This document shows, piece by piece, positions 43,892-53,635 of a stretch of 64,000 nt of DNA. Source of the DNA: Dehalococcoidia bacterium (GTDB lineage: Bacteria; Chloroflexota; Dehalococcoidia; Lucifugimonadales; UBA1123). The translations under genes and the position numbers were made by a program. Positions within the stretch are counted from its first letter, which is position 1, and the number at the start of each line of letters is the position of its first letter. The stretch spans positions 19,742 to 83,741 of the forward strand of contig DAOUHG010000028.1 in NCBI GenBank assembly GCA_034428835.1, read 5' to 3'. The notes under the pieces were generated by a model that searched no databases, had not been told where the DNA came from, and worked only from the letters and a program-made list of their open reading frames with translations.

Positions 43892-44662
43892 TCAGACCGA
43901 CCCCGCCCGTCGCGTGAACTCGGCGCTACGAATGTCGCGCTCGACGATCGAGCGGATGTACCGTGAGGTGATGCGCTCCACTTCGTTACGCAGATTGTCG
44001 CCGAGCGTAGGTTCGCCGATTCCATCGACTGCCACATTGCGTTGGAAGTGCCTGAGAACGCGCATGGCAGACTCTGACACCGGAACCTTGTGCCCGATAC
44101 CCAGTGCCCGGCAATCGGGACACAGCACTCCACCGGCCGCAAGGTCGAGAACGTGGTCTCCCGGCTCCACGGCTGCATCGCACTCCACGCAGTTTTCCAG
44201 CTGTGGACGGAACCCGGTTACGTCGAGTACGCGTAGCTCGTACCATCTGCCCACAAGCCAGGGGTCGGTGGTGTCTTCAAGCGCTTCCAGCGTCTCAGTA
44301 ACCAGCGCGAAAAGCGAACGACTCGGATATCTCTCCTGTGAGAACAGGTCTGCGACCTCACAGACATAGATCGAGTGAGACAGACGGGCCAGGTCTTCCC
44401 GAGCGGCCGGGTGGTCGTCGCGCAGCGCCGCCTCAGTGATGACGTCGAGATTTCGCCCGTATGCTGCGGCGAAGTCCACAACGTTGGTGAGGTCCAGGTG
44501 GCCTCGCAGACGCCCGTTGGGGCGGCGAACGCCTTTGGCAACCGCCCTTACTTTCCCCAAGTCTGGAGTGAGAATCGAAACGATGCGGTCCGCTTCCCCT
44601 AGAGGGTACTGTCGCAGGACCACTCCGCTTGTCCTGTACGTCCGCGACCTCACTCGACTCAT
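43892..44662 (-). CDS. recO: DNA repair protein RecO
   Basis: Start set at ATG 44662, 4 nt after the recR stop. YRTSGVVLRQYPLGEADRIVSILTPDLGKVRAVAKGVRR OB-fold N-terminus and Cys4 zinc motif CVECD...CPDC. Confidence 0.85.
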   Translation of the reverse strand: MSRVRSRTYRTSGVVLRQYPLGEADRIVSILTPDLGKVRAVAKGVRRPNGRLRGHLDLTNVVDFAAAYGRNLDVITEAALRDDHPAAREDLARLSHSIYVCEVADLFSQERYPSRSLFALVTETLEALEDTTDPWLVGRWYELRVLDVTGFRPQLENCVECDAAVEPGDHVLDLAAGGVLCPDCRALGIGHKVPVSESAMRVLRHFQRNVAVDGIGEPTLGDNLRNEVERITSRYIRSIVERDIRSAEFTRRAGSV

Positions 44663-44666
44663 GCTG

Positions 44667-45278
44667 TCAGAAGACCTGCCTACCCTCGATCGCGCGGACA
44701 AGGGTTGACTGGTCGGCGTACTCCAGGTCACCTCCGACCGGGAGACCCCGCGCCGGCCGTGTGATCGACATTCCCAGTGGGGAGATCAGGCCGTGGATGT
44801 ACATGGCAGTGGCGTCGCCCTCTACGTTGGGGTTGGTTGCGAGTATGATCTCCTGGACTGGCTCATTGGACAGTCGCCTGAGTAGTGGCTGTATCCTCAA
44901 ATCGTCGGGGCCAATGCCGTTCATCGGTGAGATCGCGCCATGCAGCACGTGATACAGTCCTCGGTAGGAATGTGTGCGCTCGAGGGCATGCACGTCAAGC
45001 GCCTCTTCCACAACGCATATCCGCTGAGGGTCGCGACCCGGATCAGCGCAGATGTCACAGAGGTCATCCTCGGTGAGATTGAAGCACCGAGAACACATTG
45101 CGACACTTTCCTTGACCCCGATGATCGCCGCCGCTAGATCGTGGGCGTGCTGTTCCGGCATCCGGATCAGGTGGAACGCCAGCCGCTGAGCTGACTTAGG
45201 CCCGATGCCGGGCAGCTTGCTGAACTCCTCTATCAGCCTTGCGATAGGCGCGACCGAATATACGACCGGACTTGTCAT
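44667..45278 (-). CDS. recR: recombination protein RecR
   Basis: 203 aa, LPGIGPKSAQRLAFHL HhH, zinc finger CSRCFNLTEDDLCDIC, Toprim region. Confidence 0.9.
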   Translation of the reverse strand: MTSPVVYSVAPIARLIEEFSKLPGIGPKSAQRLAFHLIRMPEQHAHDLAAAIIGVKESVAMCSRCFNLTEDDLCDICADPGRDPQRICVVEEALDVHALERTHSYRGLYHVLHGAISPMNGIGPDDLRIQPLLRRLSNEPVQEIILATNPNVEGDATAMYIHGLISPLGMSITRPARGLPVGGDLEYADQSTLVRAIEGRQVF

Positions 45279-45279
45279 T

Positions 45280-45585
45280 CTACGTAAGTCCCGGGATGTT
45301 GAGACCGCCTGTTAGCTCGCTCATCCTGGAGCTGACCATCTCCTGCGCGTTGGAAAGCCCTTCGTTCACGGCGGCCATAATCAGGTCTTGCAGTATGTCG
45401 ACGTCATCGGGCGATACGACTTCAGGATCGATCTCGATGGACTCTACTGTGAGTTTACCCGTGACCACTACGGTGACGACACCGCCACCGGCGGTTGCCT
45501 CAACCGTGGCGCTCTCAAGCTCTTCCTGGAGCTGCGCCATCTTTCTCTGTAACTGCTGAGCTTGACGCAGCATTCGGCGGTTCAT
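45280..45585 (-). CDS. ybaB: YbaB/EbfC family nucleoid-associated protein
   Basis: 101 aa, MLRQAQQLQRKMAQLQEELE...GGGVVTVVVTG...IEIDPEVV. ATGA overlap with the dnaX stop. Confidence 0.9.
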   Translation of the reverse strand: MNRRMLRQAQQLQRKMAQLQEELESATVEATAGGGVVTVVVTGKLTVESIEIDPEVVSPDDVDILQDLIMAAVNEGLSNAQEMVSSRMSELTGGLNIPGLT

Positions 45586-47210
45586 TGAGGTGTGTCCTCC
45601 TCGATTGTTTCCACCAGTCTCGCTCCCATCGCTTGGGCCGCGCGGACCAGGTGGCTCTGGTCAGTCTGTCGCTTGGACGCTCTTTCGCTTCCTGACACGA
45701 GCTCTACAGCGAGATCGAACTCGCTCCCCATCGCCTGTGCGATGGCCTGTTTCAGTTCTCGCTTGACCGTCGGATTGCCGACCTCCTCCTCAGCCCGGTC
45801 TATGTGCGAGCTGTGGGCGAATCTGACGACAATCCGGTTGTCTTCAAGATTATACTCTCGTGCGCTGCGCAGCAACGGCCCCAACTTGAACCGCGAACCG
45901 GTATTTCTGAGCGCCCTCAACAGGTCTGGCCACACGGCGACCAGCCGTTCATCCGGCTTGGTTGGAAGAGGCTGATCAGTGTTCCGCGCTGGAGCAGGGC
46001 GGGGAGCCACCCTCGGCGCTGGAGGTGGACGACGCTGCTGCGCCTGGGGAGCCGACGGCCTGCCGCCAGGGTCCGCACTGCGGGGAGCCGGCCTTCCGGC
46101 TGGCTGCCTGACAGGCGGCGGCGGAGCAGCGGCGGCCACAGGCTCTAGGCTGGACTCGGCGAGTGCGAGCTCCAACGGCAGTGGCGATGATACGTCCTGC
46201 CTCAGGTCGGCCTCTGCGAAAGCTCTCAGGGCCCGTAGTACCAGGCTACCGTCGGCTCTCGCCGCGATCTTTGCCAGCCGCTCAGCGGTTGCGTCCGAAA
46301 ACCGGGCCGAATCTCCTGCGCCGGAGGTTATTAGCATGACGGCGCGCAGAAACTCCGTAACGGCGCGTTGCAGCTGTCTGAGGTCCGAACCCTGATCGGC
46401 AATCCGGCTGATCAGACTGAGCCCTTCGGAAACTTTGCGTCCGACCACCATTTCGCAGAGATCGAGCGCGTCCTCGTCACCGGTAAGCTCCAGCATGTCC
46501 CTTACTTGGTCACCCGTCAGCGGAGACCCATAGGAGACAACCGCCTGTTCCAGCAGGTTCTCGGCATCCCTGAGGCTCCCTGTTGAGTGTCGCGCGAGCA
46601 GGTCTAGCGCGTCTCCTTCTGCATCCACACCCTCGGCTGCGCTCAACTGAGCCAGCTTCTGGTGGATCGCGTCAATCGGAATCCGGCGAAAGTCGTACCG
46701 TTGGCACCGGGAGACTATCGTGAGAGGGACCTTGTGCACCTCAGTCGTGGCGAGTATGAAGATGGCGTGCCCAGGGGGCTCTTCAAGGGTCTTCAGGAGT
46801 GCGTTGAACGCGGCATCCGTCAGCATGTGGACCTCGTCCACGATATAGACTTTGTACTGCGACAGGCTGGGCGCGAAGCCGATCTTGTCGCTGAGGTCTC
46901 GGATGTCGTCTATGCCGCGGTTGCTGGCAGCATCGATCTCTATCAGGTCAAGCGCACGGCCCTCGATTATCGCCATGCAATGGTCGCAGGAGTTGTCCGG
47001 CTCTCCGTTCTGTGGGTTCAGGCAGTTGACTGCCTTGGCCAGTATCCTCGCGGTACTTGTCTTTCCAGTCCCGCGAGGACCGCAGAACAGGTACGCGTGA
47101 GTGAGCCGACCGCTTGAAACGGCATTCTTGAGAGTATTCGTGACGGTATCCTGCCCTACGACTTCATTCAGGGCACGCGGACGCCACTTTCTGTAGAGCA
47201 CTTCCGCCAT
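45582..47210 (-). CDS. dnaX: DNA polymerase III subunit gamma/tau
   Basis: 542 aa, YRKWRP, GPRGTGKTSTARILAK Walker A, zinc module CDHC, DEVHMLT, P/A-rich linker. Confidence 0.9.
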   Translation of the reverse strand: MAEVLYRKWRPRALNEVVGQDTVTNTLKNAVSSGRLTHAYLFCGPRGTGKTSTARILAKAVNCLNPQNGEPDNSCDHCMAIIEGRALDLIEIDAASNRGIDDIRDLSDKIGFAPSLSQYKVYIVDEVHMLTDAAFNALLKTLEEPPGHAIFILATTEVHKVPLTIVSRCQRYDFRRIPIDAIHQKLAQLSAAEGVDAEGDALDLLARHSTGSLRDAENLLEQAVVSYGSPLTGDQVRDMLELTGDEDALDLCEMVVGRKVSEGLSLISRIADQGSDLRQLQRAVTEFLRAVMLITSGAGDSARFSDATAERLAKIAARADGSLVLRALRAFAEADLRQDVSSPLPLELALAESSLEPVAAAAPPPPVRQPAGRPAPRSADPGGRPSAPQAQQRRPPPAPRVAPRPAPARNTDQPLPTKPDERLVAVWPDLLRALRNTGSRFKLGPLLRSAREYNLEDNRIVVRFAHSSHIDRAEEEVGNPTVKRELKQAIAQAMGSEFDLAVELVSGSERASKRQTDQSHLVRAAQAMGARLVETIEEDTPQ

Positions 47211-47258
47211 TACAGGAGACGCTTCCTCCGAACAAAGGCTGAACCAGTGCCACCGACC

Positions 47259-47285
47259 GTCATTCCGGCGTAGGCCGGAATCCAG
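47259..47285. repeat. REP-like hairpin, copy 4 (gtcATTCCGGC-gtag-GCCGGAATccag)
   Basis: Stem 47262-47269 with 47274-47281, in the spacer between the ybeY stop (47311) and the dnaX start (47210). Confidence 0.65.
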
Positions 47286-47310
47286 AGGAGGGGCTGGGCG
47301 AGGATCGTCG

Positions 47311-47817
47311 CTAGTCGATAAGTCCCGTTCGCCGCATCTCCTCCTTCGCGTCGACCTCGATCGCCTGCATGATGACGGCGTCGGACTCGTCTTCGTGATC
47401 GTAACCTAGCAGATGAAATATCCCGTGGGCAACCAGCACAGCGACCTCGTTTTCGAGCGTATTCCCGGATTCCAGCGCCTGCCGTTCTGCCTGCTGTAGC
47501 GAGATAATCACCTCGCCGACTTCAGGCTGATGATCCGGAGGAAGAACGAACTCGAACTCGCCAGAGTCCCGGGTGTCATCGCCGTAGTAAGTGCCGGAGT
47601 GAACGTTGGAGAACGATAGCACGTCCGTCGTAGTGTCGAGTCCGCGATGCTCGGCGTTGAGCTCGGCTACCGTCTCGTCGTCTGCGATCACCACGGTAGT
47701 AAGCCCTTCGCCTTCAACTCCTTCGACGGCGAAGGTGGTTTCGGCCACCGACGTAAGCCAACGTGGGTCGACGAATTCTATGAACTCGTCAAACACTTTG
47801 ACTTGGACGTGGACCAT
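47311..47817 (-). CDS. ybeY: rRNA maturation RNase YbeY
   Basis: 168 aa, metal motif HGIFHLLGYDHE. Confidence 0.9.
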   Translation of the reverse strand: MVHVQVKVFDEFIEFVDPRWLTSVAETTFAVEGVEGEGLTTVVIADDETVAELNAEHRGLDTTTDVLSFSNVHSGTYYGDDTRDSGEFEFVLPPDHQPEVGEVIISLQQAERQALESGNTLENEVAVLVAHGIFHLLGYDHEDESDAVIMQAIEVDAKEEMRRTGLID

Positions 47818-47934
47818 GACCTAGGGCTTATCTCACCGTCTTCGCACGACGAAGGCGTAAGCGTCCTAGGAGGCCACATGTCCTCGGTGCGTAGCCACGG
47901 CAAGGATTAGCCTGTGTGCGCACTGAAGGCTTGG

Positions 47935-48819
47935 TCAGGGCGTGTCGAAGCTCTTGTTGAGCCCGTCCTGTGACTGGAGGAACTCAAACAGGTCACTGTC
48001 AGCTGGAAGTACCACCGTCGTGTTGGACTCGAATATCTTACGATAGGCTTCCAGGGATCTCTGAAAGCCATAGAACTCCGGATCGGCTGCGATTGCGGCC
48101 GCAAAGATCTTTATGGCTTCAGCCTCGCCCTCACCGCGTGTGATTTCGGCTTGCCTCTGGGCAGTGGCCTTGATGATGGAGGCCTCGCGGTCCACCGCGG
48201 CGCGGACCTGCGCATCGATCTCTTGTCCCTCGGCGCGTTCCTTGTCCGCCTTTCGCTTTCGCTCGGACTGCATCCTTGCATACACGGACTCTGCGATCTC
48301 GGGCGGGAAGTCAGCGCGTTTGATTCTAACGTCTATGATGTCGAGTCCGAATTCTCTGAGCTTGGGCTGGACGAGAATCTGGACGCGCTTCATGATGTCT
48401 TCGCGCTTGGTCGTGATTATCTCAGCTTGATTGTCGCTCGCGATCTCGCGCCGCAGCTCGGACGTGATGATGTCCACTGCACGGGCCTTGCCCTGGCTCT
48501 CCGTCTGTACGGTCTTCCTGAACAGCACGGGATCAACAATCCGTCCCCGCGCGTACACGTCAATGATAAGTCGTTTCTTGTCTTTCGTAAGCAGCGACTC
48601 GGGCGGCGCGTCGAAGCTCAGCAGGCGCCTGTCGAAGTACGTCGTGGTATCAATGAACGGAGTCTTGGTGTAGAGACCGGGGCTCCTAATTGACTGTTGC
48701 ACTTCGCCGAAGCGTGTGACTATCGCCAACTCCTTTTCATCTACGATGAAGAAGAGCTGTGGCCCCACTATTGCCGCTACAACCGCGACTATGATCAGGG
48801 CTAATGCCAAGAATTTCAT
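47935..48819 (-). CDS. hflC: protease modulator HflC (SPFH/band-7)
   Basis: 294 aa, N-terminal TM, then FIVDEKELAIVTRFGEV...PGLYTKTPFID. Confidence 0.85.
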   Translation of the reverse strand: MKFLALALIIVAVVAAIVGPQLFFIVDEKELAIVTRFGEVQQSIRSPGLYTKTPFIDTTTYFDRRLLSFDAPPESLLTKDKKRLIIDVYARGRIVDPVLFRKTVQTESQGKARAVDIITSELRREIASDNQAEIITTKREDIMKRVQILVQPKLREFGLDIIDVRIKRADFPPEIAESVYARMQSERKRKADKERAEGQEIDAQVRAAVDREASIIKATAQRQAEITRGEGEAEAIKIFAAAIAADPEFYGFQRSLEAYRKIFESNTTVVLPADSDLFEFLQSQDGLNKSFDTP

Positions 48820-48831
48820 CTAATGATGCCC

Positions 48832-49908
48832 TTATTGGTTCCTGCTGCCGAGCTGGGTTGGAAGCTCGCCGGTGTCGTTCAGATTTAGTAGGTTCAGCAG
48901 GCCTCCGCCTGTATCGTTGTCTATGATGTACTTTTTTATGTCGGGAAGGATGTCTTCCATCGCTTCCAGGTAAATGCGCTGTCGTGTGACTTCCGGGGCC
49001 AGTTCGTACTCACTCAGAACCGACAGAAACCGCTGCGATTGACCATCCGCATACGCGACTCGCTCCTGCTTGTACGCTTCCGCGGCCTCTGTGAGCCGGG
49101 CGGCCTCACCTCTGGCATTTGGTAGAACGGATTCCCTGTATGCGTCGGCGAGGTTGATGATCCTTGCCTTGTCTTCCTTGGCACGTACCACGTCGTCGAA
49201 AGCGTCCTTGACCTGTTCTGGTGCGAACACGTTGAGCAGTTTGACCTCGCGGACGTTTATGCCAGTCTCGTACTCGTCAAGCAGTCTCTGGAGAAGCAGC
49301 TTGGTGTCGGCCTGCGTGTCCTCTTTCTTGTCCGTGAGAGGATCGTCGATTGGCCTGCTGCCGACGACTTGGCGCAACACGCTTTCGGTGGCGTCCTTGA
49401 TGGTCTGACCGTCTGGATCAACCGCACGATACAGGAACTTCTGGAGGTCCTTGATGTCGTACTGGACCAAAAGCTGCACATCAACGATGTTCGGCGCCTC
49501 CCCAGGCTGACCAGCCTCGTCAGGATCGCCGGTTATCATGAGTGACTCGTCGAGAGCCGGAGTCCCGCCTCGAACTCCAACTTCCAGTTTGCGGATATCG
49601 TCCACCTTGACGATGTCTCTTGCCCCTATCGGAGTGGGCCACCACCAGTGAAGTCCCGGACCCTGGATGTTGTCAAACATTCCGAGCCGTCGGAGCGCTG
49701 CCTCTTCCCCGGGCTGTACGGTGAAGAAACCGCTCCCAACCCACACAAGCGCGCCTATGCCGAACAGGGCGAGGATGATAATCGACCATATCCCGCCACC
49801 TCGGCCGATCCCGCGAATGCTGAACCGGCTGAAGAATCCCCTGATTCTCTCAAGGATCTGATCGAAGTTTACTTCTGGTTCTTCTGGCCGGTACATGCTA
49901 AGAGACAA
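48832..49908 (-). CDS. hflK: FtsH protease activity modulator HflK (SPFH/band-7)
   Basis: 358 aa, TM then FFTVQPGEEAALRRLGMF...GPGLHWWWPTPIG. 12 nt upstream of hflC. Confidence 0.85.
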   Translation of the reverse strand: MSLSMYRPEEPEVNFDQILERIRGFFSRFSIRGIGRGGGIWSIIILALFGIGALVWVGSGFFTVQPGEEAALRRLGMFDNIQGPGLHWWWPTPIGARDIVKVDDIRKLEVGVRGGTPALDESLMITGDPDEAGQPGEAPNIVDVQLLVQYDIKDLQKFLYRAVDPDGQTIKDATESVLRQVVGSRPIDDPLTDKKEDTQADTKLLLQRLLDEYETGINVREVKLLNVFAPEQVKDAFDDVVRAKEDKARIINLADAYRESVLPNARGEAARLTEAAEAYKQERVAYADGQSQRFLSVLSEYELAPEVTRQRIYLEAMEDILPDIKKYIIDNDTGGGLLNLLNLNDTGELPTQLGSRNQ

Positions 49909-50043
49909 CCCCGCGTGGAAGTTTGGCTAATGTTTCCTGTAACGACATAGTAACACACGGCGTTGGTAGGTTCGACAGCGGTTATTGACCAATGCCTACA
50001 TAAAAATACGCTCGGCCTTCCAATGTGGTTCCCTTTAGAGTGT

Positions 50044-51339
50044 TCAGGTCGGCCCATCAGATGTTTCCAGTTGCCTGAGCAGTTCCATCAACTCATCATT
50101 GCTGGTTATCGCGCCGGCCAGCGTAAGAAACTCGCCAACATCTGCCGATAATTCCCTTAGTCGCCAAATCTGGGGGCCGATCGGATCGACCGACGCAGGA
50201 CCGTGAGCGTAGGTGCCATAGAAGGCAAAGTACGCCTGGTTGAGCTTGCGAATAGGATGGCCGCTTTCAGTGAGTAATTTCCGCTGGTCCTCCATGTAGG
50301 CTTCCGCCTGCTCGACTTCTCCGCCGGCCAACAGCCGATCGACTGTCACCCGGGTCTCCCTCATAAGCGATCCGAAATCGAGCTCAGTGTGCTCCGTCAG
50401 GTCGGCAACGTGAAACTCGCGGGCGATCTCATCAGCGGATTCCGGTTTCGCAGGCATCCGAAACTGCATCGTCGAGTAGGCAAGATCGCCAATCTCGTCG
50501 CCCGCGATGCTGGCGACAGTCTCGTTCAGTACCATGAGTTCAGAAGAGGAATAGGGATTGCGCCCTAATGGCTTCAGGAACAGATAGTGATGCACCCACT
50601 CGTGGGCCGCCAGTCGCAGCGTGTTCCGCAGGTTGACTCCGTTGTGGACCGACGCCGGATACGTAGCAACACCGCCTATCTCCAGAACGAGCGGCGAAAT
50701 GTCCTGCTCCTCAACAACTCGTTCCTCGACTTCTTCCCGCTCCTCTATCGTCATGCCAGATTCCAGCAGCACGTCATCCAGTCGATGAATTCTGTCCCTT
50801 GGAGATGTGACAAGCACCATCGGCGGCTCCTCCAGCCTGACGTCAACTGGAGGAAATACCAGCCTGCCAACTAGCCCAAGTCCCTGGTCCCTTACCACGG
50901 TGCTGATCTCGGACTCGATCGCCTCCTCGACGTCGTTGCGGATCGAGGCGCGTGAGCTACGAAGCTGTCGGATCTGGTCCTCCAGCTCCCGGACTACTGC
51001 AATGCTGTCACCCCTGGAGCTTGCCGACATTAACTGGCTTGTGAGCTGCCTTATCCCGTCTCCTAGCTCGAAGTAAACAGCGACCCTCCGCAGACGCTCG
51101 GAGTCTGTAACCATGAAGCGCGGAACTACCCTGCGGAGCCAGTGGGTCCACTTCGAGTGGACGTTGGCCAGGTGCCATCCAACGAGATCGTACGCATAGG
51201 CTTTCGAGGCCGACTGCGTACTGCTCATAGCCAGTCCGTCACTTCGAAAGCCAACGAGCGTGAGAGTGATCAGAGTGATCGCCACCCACCTGGTAATGGC
51301 AGATCTCCTGAGTCCGCTGTGATTCCGGGACTCAGCCAT
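50044..51339 (-). CDS. uncharacterised membrane-anchored protein with HExxH motif
   Basis: 431 aa, one N-terminal TM (WVAITLITLTLVGF), LRLAAHEWVHHYL zinc-protease-like motif. No family recognised. Confidence 0.6.
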   Translation of the reverse strand: MAESRNHSGLRRSAITRWVAITLITLTLVGFRSDGLAMSSTQSASKAYAYDLVGWHLANVHSKWTHWLRRVVPRFMVTDSERLRRVAVYFELGDGIRQLTSQLMSASSRGDSIAVVRELEDQIRQLRSSRASIRNDVEEAIESEISTVVRDQGLGLVGRLVFPPVDVRLEEPPMVLVTSPRDRIHRLDDVLLESGMTIEEREEVEERVVEEQDISPLVLEIGGVATYPASVHNGVNLRNTLRLAAHEWVHHYLFLKPLGRNPYSSSELMVLNETVASIAGDEIGDLAYSTMQFRMPAKPESADEIAREFHVADLTEHTELDFGSLMRETRVTVDRLLAGGEVEQAEAYMEDQRKLLTESGHPIRKLNQAYFAFYGTYAHGPASVDPIGPQIWRLRELSADVGEFLTLAGAITSNDELMELLRQLETSDGPT

Positions 51340-51406
51340 CTAGCTGAAGATCAGCCCGCATCCGCATCCAGCATGTCATCCACGAAAGGGCGACTTGCCG
51401 ATCCGG

Positions 51407-52105
51407 TCAACGACGAAACAGGTTAAGGAACCTGTCTTGGTACAAGTCGAATGCCCCCCAACGGTCTAGCTCGCGTCTGAGGACTTCCGGGTCACCGCCT
51501 CTGGAAACGTCATAGAACATGCGCTCGATTCTCTGAACAGCCGCCATGGGAAGTCCGCCAGCACCGGGCGCCGGGTCGAAGAGGCCCTTGGAACCAAGCT
51601 CCTCGACATGGTGCGGAGCAGACCTGGAAGTCAGCTCGTACATGAACTTTATCAGCGACACGTCCCAGAGTTCGTCCACGCCGACCATCACGACAGCGAG
51701 GTTGGCCTGTTCCCTTGTCAGCCGTTCGTCGATCCGGTGGGCAATTTCTCCAGCATCCCCGTTGACAATCTCCGTACCCTCAGGCTCGTTCCTGTACTGG
51801 TACAACAGGCCCGGACTGTTGGGCCCATGCTGATTCGACACGTACTCCAGGTAGCGATACGCCTCCGGGCTGAACCCTTCCAGGTTCATCGCATAGTAGG
51901 GCGTGACGATGGAAGGCTCCTCTGCGACGACCTTGCCGGTTCTCACCACTCCCTCCCTGCTGTCTGGCTGGAGGTCCCGGTAGATTGGCTCGGTCACGAC
52001 GTAGTACGAGAGCGAAGTGATGCCAAACGTAGCTAGTTTCTGAGCAGGATATCTGACCACCCAGGTCTGCTCCGCTGCCCTGATCCAGTCGAGTTGGTCT
52101 TCCAT
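51407..52105 (-). CDS. hypothetical protein (232 aa, soluble)
   Basis: Clean ORF with balanced composition. It starts directly after the stop of the upstream peptidase-MA-like gene (no spacer). No family recognised. Confidence 0.6.
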   Translation of the reverse strand: MEDQLDWIRAAEQTWVVRYPAQKLATFGITSLSYYVVTEPIYRDLQPDSREGVVRTGKVVAEEPSIVTPYYAMNLEGFSPEAYRYLEYVSNQHGPNSPGLLYQYRNEPEGTEIVNGDAGEIAHRIDERLTREQANLAVVMVGVDELWDVSLIKFMYELTSRSAPHHVEELGSKGLFDPAPGAGGLPMAAVQRIERMFYDVSRGGDPEVLRRELDRWGAFDLYQDRFLNLFRR

Positions 52106-53635
52106 TTATCGACTCCTACGGCGACGCAAACCCAGCCCGACCAGGCCGAGAACGCTCAGCGGGATCGCTAGATCCTCCAGTCGCATGGTCGGCGACGCTG
52201 GCGCGAAGCATGCGGAACCGCCTTCTCTTCTTTCCACGCCACTCGTCTCGGAATCGCTCTCCGACTCCGGTTCAGGCGTCTGTGTGTCAGTTGACTGCGA
52301 GACCGAGGGAGGCTCGGTTGCCGTCGGCGCGGGCGCAGCAGCAGCAGGTTCAGGTGTCGGGGTCAGCTCCACGCTGCCGACAGTCTCTGACCCTGCCTGC
52401 GGCGTCAAGCTGAAGAGACTAAGCGCAGGCCTCGCGATAGGAGTGGGCTTGGCACTCTCCCTGTCGGGACGGACGTAGTGCTCGGCGCCGATCGTGTCTC
52501 TCCACTGGTTCTCAAGCTCGATTCGAGATACCCTGTAGATTTCTTGAATTGCGCCCTCCATGTTCGTACCCGCCTTGAGTGTACTCAGGAGTTGGCGCAT
52601 GGCCTGCGGCCCGTACCTGAACACCATGAACTGAATCAGGCTTCGTGCTTGACCGTAGAAGATGATTACGTCCTCAGGGTCGCCAGGGAGTATGGGCATA
52701 GAGGTTATCGGCAGCAGCCTGTCGGTCGCCATCGCGAATTCCAGTGCGATGTCGTAGGAGAACCCAGGATCGACGTTGCCAAATTCCGCGAGTCCTTCGT
52801 CCAGCCACGACGGAATGCTCCGCGCGGCGCTGTCTCCGGCGCGATGTGTCAGAATGTGCGTCACCTCGTGTGAGGCCGTACCTTTAGCCCGTCTGCCTCC
52901 CCCTAGAACCAGAAGGGTGCCGATGTTGGTGAACGCCTGTCCCTCGGTAATGAGCTCGCGTCTGATCGTGCTCGACCCCGGGGGAAGTGCTTCAAGCATC
53001 TCCTTGACGTTGTTGTACATGGTTACTCGGATCGGCACCGTCGTGTCGGCGCCCAGGATTGGTCCCATGAAGTCGAGAGTCTCCACGATCGCGCCCAGAA
53101 TGATGTCGGCCCTGGTCTTGACGGGCCCGTGGTACGCTACCGCTATCGGTCCGTCCGAGACCTCCTCCCAGGTGAATCTGGCGTCCTCGTATATGAACTC
53201 AACGGTGTCGGTTACCAGTTCGTTGCCCGTCGCGTCCCGTATCTCGAAGTAGTAGTAGATAATGGTTCCCGGAGGAATATAGCGGCCGGAAGTGTTGGTT
53301 CTCCAGAAGAGCTCGGAGTCCACGAGCTTGGCATCATCGAACTCCATGTAACCGTACACTTCCCGCTCTTGAGTTCCTGTACGGATCTTGACCGCAATCT
53401 CCTCGATCTCTTGCTCCGACTCCACATCGATGGTAAATCTCATTCCATCTGGAAATTCGCTAACCACGCCGGATGATGCAACTGTAATCGACTCTGCTGA
53501 CGCAGACGTTGCCCGAGTGGATACCAGTCCGGCGACGATGCAGATTGCGATAGCGAGCGTGACCCTCGGAAGGACCAAGGCGATTCGGCTTGGTGTCAAC
53601 ATGAAACTCCTGCGACAGGAAAACGGTCGCAGCAC
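52106..53635 (-). CDS. peptidase MA-like (gluzincin) secreted protein with C-terminal TM + RRRRSR tail
   Basis: 509 aa. N-terminal signal/anchor, SHEVTHILTH...WLDEGLAEF (HExxH plus downstream E, Peptidase_MA_2-like), P/T/E-rich linker, then C-terminal LAIPLSVLGLVGLGLRRRRSR. Confidence 0.7.
   Translation of the reverse strand: MLRPFSCRRSFMLTPSRIALVLPRVTLAIAICIVAGLVSTRATSASAESITVASSGVVSEFPDGMRFTIDVESEQEIEEIAVKIRTGTQEREVYGYMEFDDAKLVDSELFWRTNTSGRYIPPGTIIYYYFEIRDATGNELVTDTVEFIYEDARFTWEEVSDGPIAVAYHGPVKTRADIILGAIVETLDFMGPILGADTTVPIRVTMYNNVKEMLEALPPGSSTIRRELITEGQAFTNIGTLLVLGGGRRAKGTASHEVTHILTHRAGDSAARSIPSWLDEGLAEFGNVDPGFSYDIALEFAMATDRLLPITSMPILPGDPEDVIIFYGQARSLIQFMVFRYGPQAMRQLLSTLKAGTNMEGAIQEIYRVSRIELENQWRDTIGAEHYVRPDRESAKPTPIARPALSLFSLTPQAGSETVGSVELTPTPEPAAAAPAPTATEPPSVSQSTDTQTPEPESESDSETSGVERREGGSACFAPASPTMRLEDLAIPLSVLGLVGLGLRRRRSR

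Noticed and set aside
45582-47210. dnaX -1 frameshift site (A AAA AAG type) producing a short gamma subunit
   Set aside because: No A/T homopolymer heptamer was seen by eye within the gene. This was not checked computationally.
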